DNA of 64,000 nucleotides from Octopus bimaculoides (taxonomy: Eukaryota). The notes under the pieces were generated by a model. The model made no database searches. It worked only from the letters and a program-made list of their open reading frames with translations, and was not told the origin of the DNA. Of the stretch, positions 27,406-40,180 are shown in pieces. Location: NCBI RefSeq assembly GCF_001194135.2, contig NC_068986.1:810470-874469 (forward strand). The letters run 5' to 3'. The stretch's first letter is position 1. Every line of letters begins with the position of its first letter. A program made the translations under genes and the position numbers.

Positions 27406-27523
27406 AACAATATTATCAGTATATTTTATTAAAAATTTGTGAGGTGCTTGTTTAAAAATAGACCTGTACAAGACATCCTGAACAGTCCTAAATATAAAAA
27501 AATATTTAATAATGATGTCACTT

Positions 27524-27734
27524 TAAGTCCTGAGCATTCAAATTATTCAAAATGTAATGCTTATCTATTCACATTGTTTTAAATTAATCATGCACAGTCT
27601 CATAACTTCAAGGTTTTAATGATTTTTAGAATGAGATTGTGTGGTAGGTGTGAAAGGCTGGATCTGGATGGTTTGAACACAAAACTGTAGAATATTTGGG
27701 CCAGATATGGTCAGTTTAAATGCTAAAGGAGTAA
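27524..27734 (+). mobile_element. Degenerate piggyBac-like MITE copy
   Basis: Ends tttaaatgctaaagga-gtaa; internal sequence homologous to 10671-10880 and 16260-16477. Confidence 0.65.
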
Positions 27735-27791
27735 TACACCAAGATGATCAGATAGAATTCATTATCACTAAAATCTATTTGAATGATTTTT

Positions 27792-27943
27792 GTTGATTGG
27801 CATTAGGAAGGGCACCAAGAAGGGTAGAAACCATGCCAAATCAGACTGGAACTTGGTGCAGCTCTCCAGCTCACCAATTCTAGTCAAACTGTATAACCCA
27901 TGCCAGCATGTAAAGTGGACATTAAATGATGAAGATGCTGATG
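27792..27943 (+). mobile_element. SINE/RTE 3' tail fragment
   Basis: ggcattaggaagggca...tgccaaatcagactgga...aacccatgccagcatg...attaaatgatgaagatg. Confidence 0.75.
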
Positions 27944-29749
27944 AATAACAGAATGAAACTTCCAGTTAAAATGCACAATGATTACTTTTATTTTTATTTT
28001 CTCATTAAACCCAATCTATATTAGATAAGGAATTAAAGAGAGTAGCTCAGGCATAACATGTGACTATATCTTCCATTCTTCCTTATGTGCATTAATGGTC
28101 TTCCGCATAATTTCAGATGGAATTAACGTATTCATTAGCAGGTTGGTTTCAGTTTATTTTGTTCCAAGTCATCTACAAAAGCAGTTTTTCCTAAGACATT
28201 CTGAACAGCAGCGAAATAACAACCAAACAATGCTTTCAAAGTTGCTACAAAAGCCAGACCTCTCAATCTTTCAGCATATATAAGGTCACCATGATATTGT
28301 TAAGACTGCACTACATAAAATTGTTTTCCTCTTTAGGGTCAGAAATTACTTCAACCCAGGTCAGTTGATAACCACTGACAGAATTCAATTAAGACCTATA
28401 TTAGAGTACTGCTTGAATATCTGCTGGTGCTGCTGCACATAAATACATCTTAGATTACAACCAAATATGAGGGTGAATCAGAAAGCAATGCAATTTTTAG
28501 TTGCATTACTTTCTGACTCACCTTCGTACCATGGCAGGCTTCAACCACCAGCATACAGATACAGTTTGTTTATACCTTCTACGTCTGTGACAACCTCTGT
28601 TCCTCTGATCTAGCCAATTACATTTCCATTCTATGGCAACTACCTGGGTCTTCATTTCTCACACCTCTCTCGCAACATCCTACAATGCAACTGCACAAGC
28701 ACTAATGTCACCAGTTAAATGGGCTTGCAAAGGCCATGGGGTACTGTCCCTCTTCCATAAACTTATTAACAGGTCTGCTGGTTATTAGATTTGAAGAATC
28801 TGTCATCAGTACTATAGCTAAATATCCAGAATCTGAAGACTTAAGGTTGCACAGGATCTCAAGTACAAGAAAGTGCTATCTCCCTCAATCCACTATATTA
28901 AAACATTAGAAACCATCCCAAATTAAAAAAAGGAAATGGGAAAAATCCCATCCCAAAACTGATTAAGCAATTCAAATTCACAAACTAATAGAATAATCAA
29001 ATTAAATGGAAACTAAAGTAAGAATTAATCCAAAGCCTACATTGACAAACTGGTCCCTTTAACTCATTCTTTAGGCAACACTCAGTCTTTCCTAGATGAA
29101 CAAATATATTAATATCGAATGAAATTATATTTTTAAGTGTACTTTAAAGTTTAAAATACAACAATATATAATTCATTTGAGGTTATCCAGTTGTAAATCT
29201 ATCACATCTGTTCATGGGAACTCCTATATACTGATACCATTGTTTATACTTCTAAATCATTAGACTATTTAGAGAAGAAATTTCAGATACTGAAGCAAAA
29301 CCTATAATTGAGGGCTCTAAGGTTAGCAAAGACAAGTCTGAGAAAGTAGAAAAGATAAGATTGCTGCCATCAGACAAATGACCATGCTCAATATACAAAT
29401 AGATAAACATTCTATACAACGCACGGATGTACAAGGTGTGGTTGAATCACAGGCAAGCTGACAAAGAAGTAGACTTCATAAGTGAAAATGCAGAGGAGCA
29501 CTCGGCAGTAATAGTACATGTGGAATAAATTCTTATAACTGCTTGGAAAGCTTTTAGAATGTGGATAGCTTTTCTTACCTAGATGACTTATTAAAATTGG
29601 AAGAGTCCATTCCAAAAACATAGCAGCCACAGGAACAAGTGGAAAAAAATTAGGCTATTACCTCTACTAGTAACAAAAGGGTTTCTCTTAAAAGGGAAAG
29701 GCAGGGTGTGTGTGTGGCTTATGTATGGAGTGTGACAATGCATGGTAGC

Positions 29750-30030
29750 AGGGAATGGATTTTGAATGTGGAAGAGTCAAGAAGACTAGAAAGAAATGAA
29801 GTGAGCATGCACAAATGTGTGTTATTAGTGTACATGAATGCCGAAGCACAAATGGATTGATAAGGAAGCTAGCTATAAGAGGAATTAGAAGCAGTATGCA
29901 AGTGAGAAGAGACTGTGCTGGTAGGGAGGACATCAGTTGTCTAACAAAATGCAGAGCACTAGAGCAGGAAGAAAATCTAGGAAAACAGGACAAAATGGTG
30001 AATACTTATTTCAAGAAATTGAGCCCATGA
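29750..30030 (+). mobile_element. RTE ORF2 C-terminal remnant
   Basis: WILNVEESRRLERNEVSM and ELR-KL-like GLIRKLAIRGIRSSMQVRR; parallels the remnants at ~21900-22100 and 60480-60600. Confidence 0.7.
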
Positions 30031-30742
30031 AAGAGATTATTAAGGTCAATGATAAGTGATGCAGGAGACAACCCATCAACTTATGCAAGCACGACAAAAT
30101 GCTTGGCTGGGATTTGAATCAGTCCCCTTTACCATCGCCCAAACTCTTGTTATTCTCATCACTCAATATACATTGCTCCCATCTCACTTCCATTACTTCA
30201 TCTTCCACTCGGAAATCTCTCCTTTTCCTATGCTGTCCATGCTGTTTCTATCATTACAACCTCCTCAAACATTCTCTTGCCCCTTTCACTCTGTTCTATT
30301 ATCATAATTTCTTGGCTACATTGTTTTGAACAAATAGAGACAGGGTAGAGAGGACACTTTGGCCTTGCCAAAAATAAAAACTTTAGTGCTGGCACCACAA
30401 TAAAATGCACACAGTACAAAAGTGGTTGGTTGTTAGAAAGGGCATCCAGCAGAAGAAACTTAAAAATGCTAAAAATTGCGCATATGCATCTAGGAGGGCA
30501 ACACTTTTCCATATTTGTATTGGTCAGACAAAAGATCCATTGAGGCAGATTTTCTATAACTGGATGCTGTTCCTGTCACTAACCCTTACCAGTTACAGAA
30601 CCCTAGTACTTGGCATATGAACAGCACAATATTGTTTCCATTGGAGGTTGCTTAACAAATGACATCACTTGTATAACATCGTTTACAAATACAATGTAAT
30701 ATGAAGACAAAGACAGACAGACACACACACACACACACACAC

Positions 30743-30891
30743 AAAATGGGCTTCTTTCTATTCCTATTGACCAAATCTACTCACTAAGCTTTGGCTCATG
30801 ATTATAGACTACACTGCTCAAAGTGACAAGCAGTATAATCGAACTCAAAACCGTGGTTGCAAAGCAAACTTCTTAATGTAGCCATGCCTGC
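30743..30891 (-). mobile_element. tRNA-derived SINE head, degenerate, abutting (CA)n
   Basis: Reverse complement gcaggcatggctac...aagaagtttgctttgcaaccacggttttgagttcg matches the 11805/18671 family. Confidence 0.7.
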
Positions 30892-33800
30892 ATCTATGGG
30901 CATCTCAAACCCATGAAGTTACATTTAGCATCATCATGTGGTTAAGAAGTCAGTTTGAAACCTTGTAGCTGAAGGTTCATTCCCATTGTGCAGACATTGT
31001 TGGCTGATACCTACTAGAGCTGCATGTTGACTAATGCCTTGCATGTGAAATCTAGTAGACAGAAACTGGAAGAAACTTTGTGTGTGCGCACATATATTCT
31101 GTCTTGGCATATACATGCTAATTGTAAGCAAAGAGTCATCATTCATACATACAGTGGTATTTATTTGCAATTATTAGAAACTATTTTGAAGCTATTCATT
31201 GTTTGATAGACTAAAGAAGACAGGTGAGGGTCTGTGAAAGCAAGAGAGTCTGGCTGCAGGACATCTACTTCAACAACTTATCCATGCGAGTATTCTGATA
31301 GATTGTCTAGTTGGTAATTACATAGCTCCATAGTCCGACTTAAAATGTGTGACTGGTGCAATCCCATCAAGGGAAGGATTTTAAAAAAGGATCTCTGGGT
31401 TACAGTTGGGCTCCTCACAAGTGTCAATATTAACTTGAAGGTTCTTTCCGTTCTCTTAAGAACATGGATGAGGAACCCCATCGATTGAGCAAGTTCTCCC
31501 TCCTCTGTTCAAAAACTACTTTCCAACTTAGACACCAATCTACCAGTTATTAACATTCTACTCCCTTCCAAGGAAAAGCTTTCAATAGATTCAGTCAACT
31601 CACATCTACCAACAATAAAGCAGCATCAAAAGAGACGAAAATAAAAAAATAAAAAATAGCAGACCTTCTCTACATGTAAATAGAACATTACTAAAATTAT
31701 TGCTTGCTCTAGAAATGCAACAGACACATTACTATATTTCAAGACCTTTCATAACAAGCATATATTGTATAGTTGAGGTTACATTATATACATATATATA
31801 AAAATGCCATAAGCAACTTGTTATCTTCTTTGCCAAACAAAATAACAGTTAAACTCACAGCATACAAGCATTTTATAAATTGTATTGCAAATATTTGAAC
31901 TTTTTTTTCAGAGCCTGAAAATACTTATGACTTTATATAAAATACAAATTCTCTATAGAATACTGCATACACATCTAGAAATTTGAAACTGTTATCTCAC
32001 CACCCACTTTTGAACTATATTATTTACCTGAAGCCCTGATTACAAGATATTTGGTAATAGCTGAAGGTCATTGCATGTGGCTAACAGGTTACACACATGC
32101 AAGAAGGCCTTCTGTCAGTCAATCATAAATCTGTCTTCTGATTGTACTCCTACTTTATATAATTTTATATTGGTTTATACATTTGTCAAAATTTCTTATA
32201 TTCACTAAGCAAAATTATTTTACAATTTTGATGGTAACCATTTGGAATTAACAGCTAAATTGATTGAATTTAATCCGATACTGCTTTGGACTAAGTGATT
32301 TGAGAGCATATTTGAGCTTATGGAATCATAAAAGAAAATAAGTTATAGAGCTTAAAGAGCCTAGACACAGGATTAATAAATCTCTCCCAACTACACTTTT
32401 CAAGTCGTGACCTTTGTCCCTTTTTCAGTTACTACAATAAGCCTCTGCCCAAACTTGATGTTCCAAAACCACTCCCCTGTCTTTGTTCTAAATATTCATA
32501 ATCTAGAATTCCATTTTCCTGTTTCCATTTCAACAATAGACTTTGTAAACTAGAAAACACTCAGTTTCTGCTGCTTATCTTTAATTACTATTTACGTCTT
32601 AGAAAGTATAAAATACACTCAATAAAATGGGAAAAGACTGAATAAATATATGAAGAACCAATATCCCATTACACAATTCAAGCTATGCAACTGGTTGCCT
32701 CGGGTGGAGTACACTCCAGTGCAAGCATTTGGACAAGGTTAACTTTCTTTTTTCTCCCACCAGTATCAGAGACACTGAAACAGGTCAAGAGTGCTGTCAT
32801 TCTTCTTCTGACTAAGTGGTTAAAAATAAAGTGAAGTACTACTAAAATCTCATAACTCCAGTATCAAACAACAGGAAATTAATAGTAAAATGATAAACAT
32901 AAATTATACTATTAGAAACAACCGATCTTTCAGTGTAACCAATATTCTAAAACAATATTACTACTTCTAAGTGTTATTTTCAAAGGGATGGATTCATAAT
33001 TCAAAACTTGATGACATCTGGTTAAGAACCTGATCAGAAAGATCCAAAAAAGCTAAAGCAAAGACAATTGTAACTCAATGTGCAAGAAGACTATGGACTA
33101 AGAAAAATATTTTCTTAGAATGTTGTAGAAAATAACCCTAAAATCGTTATTTCTAAAAGGTCCATTGTATCAAATCAAAAGTTGCATTTCAATTAGCAAA
33201 ATATTGTGAACAACAAAACAGTTCCAACAAACTCAACAAAATATATTTTAAAAAGTTCAAATTAGTTCTATAAAAATTTTGTTTTATCATATAAATAAAC
33301 TTCCGACAAATTTAGAATTCTGGTGGATTTAAGGTACACTTAGCAGGCATCAATAAACAAGGCTACAAATCCTGATGACGATCAATGTCTTCTTGCTTCA
33401 ACAAGTTGTCTGAAAACAAATCCATCCTGTATTGATTTCTAACATAAGCATAAAGCTTCAAATTGGATGCATACCTTTGTCTCCCAGCCCCTATGGAAGC
33501 ACTGATATAAATTTAACAAGATCTCATGGTAAGTTTTGGTTTCATATATATATGCCAGATAAGTCAAAGTAAGGAGCACTCTGGGTAAAAGATTATAGAG
33601 TTAAATTGTGTGTATTTACATTTCATCTGATTATTCAAATTTTATATCTGATGTGAAAAAGAACCTCAATCAGCAAACATCTTGGATCAACTCAGTAATA
33701 CATTAAGTACAGAAATTCTAGTCATTGTCATAAATTTTATCTTACAAGCCAAATGGTACTAAACAAGTCGATCTGTATAAAACACAAATCTACTTTTAAT

Positions 33801-34901
33801 CTATTCTAAAATAGCCCATGAAAATGCATATGTACATGCCATCAAATCAGTACATCCATCAAGTAGTCTGTAATACTACTAAAACATTACATACTGTTCA
33901 AATATCAAAGAAAATGCAAGAAAATGTTCAAACATTTCAGAACACATCAATGTCAGTGTCGTATGGGTATTATAAGCAATTAAATTGACTTCAGTGCTCA
34001 ACTAGTACTGAGTTTATAGAAGAGCTTATGCAAAAATAAAGGTCAAGTTGACCATGATAGAATTTATTAAGCTTGTAAAGAGATGTGACTAAATGCCATA
34101 AAGTATTTTGTCTATCACTTAACCAATTCTGTTAATTCATTGTTCTTGCCATCCTACATTAATGATATGATAACATTGTGAATTGAAAGAATTTGTGAGA
34201 AATAGATTTGACTGTTTTACAGACAACCATACTCCTGACCAAAATTCCTATAAAACTGATAAAAACAAAAATTCGCTTTGAGCTAACTTGTCAAAGTGAA
34301 CAAAATTTCCTGAACAGGCTTTCAGCTATTTTAAACACACATAGTATGTGTGTATAGATGTATGATTTGATGTGTTTATAAAGATGTATGACTTAATGGG
34401 TTTATGTACATGCGTGTATATTTGATATATATAGTGTGTACATATGATATAACCAAAATCATAATTATGATTTACCTTCTAATTTAGCAAATATTGATTT
34501 AATATTGTAAAGATATATTTACAAAACAAGTTAAACATTATAATTGCTGTGTCAAAATGATTATCTGCATTTAACAACAATAATAATTGCGTTAAAGACT
34601 AACATGAGTATTACTTCCATGATTGACATAACATAATATTGACATATTCAGTAAGTTGCTTTTAATGACATTATGATATCAAAGAAAACAAAAACAAAAC
34701 ACAGCAATTCACAAACATCATAATTTCAAATTAAAATGTTAAATGAAATACTTAATACAAATGAACTCATTAGCGTGTTTAATATTCTCACCACCACCAC
34801 CACCAGACTCACGATACTGAATGAAAGAAATATTTTCAACATTTGGTATTCAAATCAAGTCATCCAAAAAGCAAAAAATAAAAAAAGAGAAACCAACATA
34901 C

Positions 34902-35753
34902 CTTATATAAACATGTATCTACAACTTGATTGCAAATGTCTTCAAGACTTTCAGTAATGAGCATTCTACTCCTAACAAAATCACAGAGTTCTTCATTGGA
35001 CATGACATCCCAAATTCCATCACAAGCAAGTACTAAGAATTCATCCTTCTCATTTCGACATTCGGTGAAAATTTCTGGCTCTGGAGATACTAACTGCTCA
35101 CATGGCCCTTTTCCTTCAACATTTTTATATTCAAAGTCTCCTAGAGCCCGGGATACTGCTAAAGATCCGTTGACTCGCTGTATCATAACACTGCCTCCAG
35201 CATTCTGTATCCGTTCCTTCTCAATGGGATTTACAGGTTTGTGATCAGTAGTTGAGAACGGACATTTAGCATCTCGACACAGCACCGCCCGAGAATCTCC
35301 ACAATTAGCAAAGAAGATGTGTGTTGGTGAGACAATAGCACATACTGCTGTAGAGCCACTTTTGTCTTCCCCACTAACCATTTCTGGCATTGTTCGCATG
35401 CAGTCATCAAACTTAAGAAAGCCAGTCTTGATGCCTTTCTGCACATCCATAATAGAGGGAAGGATTTCTGTACCCTGGCTGACATCAAGCTTGCCCCGAA
35501 AATCTTCATTGGCAATAATGTGCTCCATCAGCTGAGCTGCACAGCAGGCCGATACCTTAGCTCCAGCATGACCATCGTATACAGCGAAAAAGGACCAGTC
35601 AGTGAGGCCATGCGGTAGGCCGATAACTGCCGTGTGGGCATCCTCCATTTCCACACGCCACCCCTGCATACTGCTGAGGCCAAAATGAAGGCCATTTCCC
35701 ATTCCCGCTTCATTATGCTTCTCTGTCTTGGGTTTGTCAAGAAAAGCTCCCAT
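34902..35753 (-). CDS. PPM1A/B: PPM1A/B-type PP2C phosphatase, first coding exon (284 codons, [14 protein letters not shown]...DTCLYK)
   Basis: Diagnostic motifs: MGAFLDKP (myristoylation Gly2 of PPM1A/B), [58 protein letters not shown]. Acceptor ttttttag at 35760-35759, so the exon starts at 35758 with 5 nt of UTR (TTGTC). Donor AAG|GTATGT at 34901. Confidence 0.98.
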
Positions 35754-35968
35754 GACAACTAAAAAATGAAAGAAAAAGAGAAACAAATTAGATTTCAAAA
35801 AGAGAAGAAAAGAACATTTAAAATAAATTAAAGACAATTCAGTAAATATTTTGACATTCAATAAAAAAAAAAAAAGCAACATATATTTAAATTTTGTTAT
35901 TGCAAATTATTACATAAATTGCAATTTTAGGAAAGAGTCAAAATAATGATTATATATGCATGTGTATG

Positions 35969-35972
<4 letters not shown>

Positions 35973-36013
<41 letters not shown>
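35973..36013. repeat. (TA)n(CA)n microsatellite in intron 1, ~215 nt from the coding-exon acceptor
   Basis: Direct reading. Confidence 0.95.
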
Positions 36014-36014
<1 letters not shown>

Positions 36015-39000
36015 AAAAAAATCAAAATCTGGTACAAATCACCATTAAGTGTAAAGTTAAGGCCAATTTATATAACCATTTACATAATTTATGCAACCAA
36101 AAACATTGAAGAAAACAAATCTACTTAAGAATTTATGTACATTAAAGAATTATTTAATTATGAATATTTAAAATATTTTCTAAAAAGCTAATTTTGAGAT
36201 TTCTTTGCAGTTAACAATTATTAAAATGTGCAGCTCTTTTAAAACTAAAGCTTTATAAATCAAGATCTCATGAGATAGAAAACAGTTCAAGAGATAAATG
36301 AAAATATTTTTTTCATTATATTTTGAATCACCAAGAACGAACACGTACAAACACACAACTTCCTCTCCAATTTCCAAATAAACTTCAGTGCAATGCAGAA
36401 AGATCAGTAACATCTTAGAAGACATATCACTAAACCAGTGCTTGATGATCTTGTGGATTGGCATTGATCATTAAAGCCAACAGTCAAATACACAAGGCAG
36501 TACCTGAACTAACTGCTCAAATTTTTTAAGGTACCTGATATCAGATATTAGTATAAAGAATTTGAGTCAGAAAAGAGAAACCAATTCAGTAGCAAGGCCT
36601 GAATCACAGTTGTTACTGTTTAGGAAGTGAATAATATATACCTAAACAGAATTGGGAATCTATCTGTCAAGAATATAGTGACAGAATGATGTAGTGATTC
36701 AGCCACAATATATGGTCAACAACAGAAATGTTTAGAAATGTCCAGCAAACAACTCAACTGAATCAAATTTAGAATTTCTGGTACATATTCAAGGAGACAA
36801 TACCATCATTTTCAAATTTAATATAGAAATTAGTTTTATACAACAGTATTCAATAATATGCTTGTGCCTGACTGGCAGTGTTTTACAGATGAATAGAAAA
36901 GTACTACTGAAAAACGAAAAGAAGCGTTTAAAAGATGAAAATAGCTTTCTAATGTTGAGTTCAATTTCAGCCTAAAAAAAGGGGTGAAAATGGTGGTACC
37001 ATAGAATGATACCTTTCATTGTTTTACAATTTTACTGGTTCCAGCCACTCAAAAGATTCTGATTGTTCCCATGATAGTTCTGAATTTTCTCTTATATGTA
37101 AACCATGCATTGAATATGTAGCTTGCATTAATATGTTGCAATATTATACACAGGCCAAAAAAAAAAAAAAAAAAAAGATTTGTTTCAAAACTTGTCATTT
37201 ATTTTCTCTGTCAACACAGATGTACTACCAATGAATTTCAAAGACATATGTAATAGTCAGGTCTATTTTTCTTCCAAAACCCTATCAGGAAGTTGAATCT
37301 AAATGAGAAGTGTTACAGAACTGTATTTTCAATACACATCAATAACAATAACATTCACATAATCTATGTGCAAGGAAACATGCAATTAGAAAACTAGAAT
37401 TCAAAAGTGAAGTTTAAATAAGTGTTGAGAAAATAGTGCAAGGTACTAAAAGCAAAATAATTTGTGTATATTCTATAAAATTTGCTGACAACATCCACCT
37501 CTCCTCTTGTAAATTAATTGAAATTGTATCAAAATTACCAGAAAAATTAATATTTTAATATCTTAGTAGAGATGGATAGTACAACTTAAGTTCTGAGACT
37601 TAGATTCAATTTTCTTATATTTACAAACAAAGGTTTATGCACTTTAAACTTCATAACTGCCTTTTCTATTCATTTTAAGGCACTAAATTTGTTTTTATAT
37701 TCCCTCTCTAAAATGAGTAGTCATAACCAAGATCAGTAAATAAAACTCAGTACACTAATAAGCTTTGTTTTCTGGGGCATTATATCCCCCATCCCTGAGA
37801 TCAATAAAATTACCAAGGCCTATAAAACAATTCTCTCTCCTACTCACACACAACACTGAACTTATATGAAGAACTTGATGAAAATATAAAATGGATGAAC
37901 AATTTATGTACAGAAAAAGTGAACAATGACATCCCTTCAAAAGAAAAAAACAACAACAACAAAACAATGAATTCATCTATAAAATCTAGATGATGCTTTA
38001 AAAGAATGTCATTTTCTGACAAACCGTGTCAAAATCTTACATATAAAGGGTTAAAACTATTTAGAACAAGCATTAAATGTTTAAATTAGCATCACATAGA
38101 AATCAAGAATCCAAATGATTCTAAATGGTAGGTTTTTTTCTAGGACAGAATCAGATCAGTTAAATGTCATTTTTTATCATTTTGTTGATAGAAACTTGAA
38201 ACAGCTCTTATGAGTTCTAGAAAACAAGATTCATTTGGCATCTATCTGCCATTAGATACAGATTATAAATTCAATTCTTGTTTTGGTGAACCCAAAGTTT
38301 GTACAAAAATCAATGAATGGTGAAAGATATTGGAAACACATTCACTAACAAATGTGAGATAGACACCCATAGAAAACACTAGCGTATACATAGATAGTCA
38401 TGTCATTTATATTATAAAAAGACAAGTGATTACTTCAATCACCTTCTCCAGTGAATACTTCTGTTGCAATCTGATTAGACAACCTTACAAAGTTGCACCG
38501 CACCTCTGAAATGGCCCACTAGATACTGCAAAAACAACCAATCAGTTGTTTTCCTTTGTAGTCTATCTTCTTTAAAATAAATAGTGCGATAAATTTTATA
38601 TAAAAGTTTAAGGGAGCCTCTACATTGGAGGTAGGGGTCCCTCAACGACATTCAGATTTGAAGTTATTTGCTTAAGTCTCTAAAACCCTTGGTTTCAGGT
38701 TCAATCCCACTGTACAACACTGGGTGTAGTACACTACAGCCCAAGCCTACCATGCCTTGCGAGGGAATTTGGTGGATGGAAACTGCAGAAGCCTGTCATA
38801 TACACACAGACATCTGTTACCAATTAGATGGATTATATCCCTGTAACTTAACAGTTTGGCAACAAATACTGATAGATAAAGTACAAAATTTCAAATAATT
38901 ACTAGTGCTGATGTGATTAACTAAAAGCTTCTAAGCAGTGCCACAGTGTGGTCACAAGCCCAATGTCCAAAACAGGAATAAAAGAATGTCTGTGAATTTT

Positions 39001-39020
39001 TTAAAATCTGCTCCTGGAAC

Positions 39021-40180
39021 TAATGGGTTGACCAAAAAGTCTTCAGTTTTTTTTTGACACCATAAACTTCAAGCACTCTAATAAACAGCTAACTTCAGTT
39101 TGTCTCTTGCACATGCAAACTCGTAATATATTTGACACTTCAACATAGTTTGATGCAAATTTGCAACAAGACTGGTTGTATTTTGTGTGTTTGGGATCAC
39201 CTTGAAAGTGGAAAACCAAAATGAACATCATTATCACCTCATGCTTTTTTATTTGAAAAAAGAAAAAAAGACAAGAAAGTGGCAAAAACCTGCAGAAAGA
39301 GATGCACGACATGAGAGGATGTTATTACAGAATGTGTGTACCAGAAATGGTTTTCAAGATTGCAATCGGGAAATCTTTCAGTTCAATATGCACCTTACTC
39401 TGGCCAGCCAAATGTGATTAAAAGTGACACCAACCCCGTTATATGACCAGGGTGATCACAGATATTCCCCCAAATATCCAAATTGAGTGTTGAAAACCAT
39501 CTGCATCAACTTGGACATGTCAGTAGGCTTGAAGTTTGGGTGCCACAGCAATTGAACGAGGCTAACCTTGCTCAATGGATTTCCATTTGTGTGTCATCAC
39601 AGAAATGTGAAGAAAACGATCCTATTTTGAAGAGGATGGTGACAGGGGACAAAAAATGGATCATCTGTGACTAAGGGCAAATGATCAAAGGGGAAGCACA
39701 GTAAACCACCCCACCCCACAAAGCAGGAATTCTCCCAAAGGTGCGTTGCCTTTTACGAGCTCCTTCCAAGGAGCAAGTCCATCAATTCAGATCGATATAC
39801 TGTACTGATCATAAGGGCATTATCGTTCATCATGACAATGCCAGACCGCACACTTCTTTCTAGATGCAGGCTTGGCTGGGAAATTCTGCTGTACCCTCCA
39901 CATTCACCCAGCCTTCAGATTTTTACCAGTTTGGTCTCTTCAAAATCCATTGAATGGAGGGATCTTCATCTCTGAAGAGGAAGTAAAAATTCTCCTGGAA
40001 GAGTTTTTTTTGCCAGTAAAGGAAAAAAAAAAATTTTTGAGCAGAGAATAATGGATCTGCCCACAAGATGGCAGAAGATACTGGAATGAAACAATAGTTA
40101 TATCACTGACTGAATAAATCACTTTGTATTTAAAATTGTCTTATTTTTGCTTAAATTGAATGGACATTTTAGACAACTGT
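39021..40180 (+). mobile_element. Dead mariner (Tc1/mariner) transposon with transposase pseudogene and residual TIRs
   Basis: HLMLFY and QKWFSRL..G (HTH region); WVPQQL (39537); VTGDKKWI; HDNARPH (39831-39851); YPPHSP; C-terminal RWQKILE. Left end tgggttgaccaaaaagtc (~39024); degenerate right end gacattttagacaact (~40163-40178). Multiple frameshifts and deletions. Confidence 0.88.

Noticed and set aside
29420-29650. Possible mariner-type MITE end (tacaaggtgtggttgaa…)
   Set aside because: I could not find a matching opposite TIR.
33370-33415. C/D-box-like TGATGA…CTGA
   Set aside because: Spacing is too short, there is no terminal stem, and it is antisense to the host gene.
34860-34901. Readthrough tail [13 protein letters not shown] after the large exon
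   Set aside because: The donor GTATGT is strong, and the product would lack the GSRDN catalytic Asp; this is intron sequence.
35759-35882. Hydrophobic 43-aa N-terminal extension of the 340-aa ORF (looks like a signal or TM segment)
   Set aside because: It is the translated polypyrimidine tract of the intron. The acceptor AG is at 35760-35759, and the family-conserved start is MGAFLDKP.
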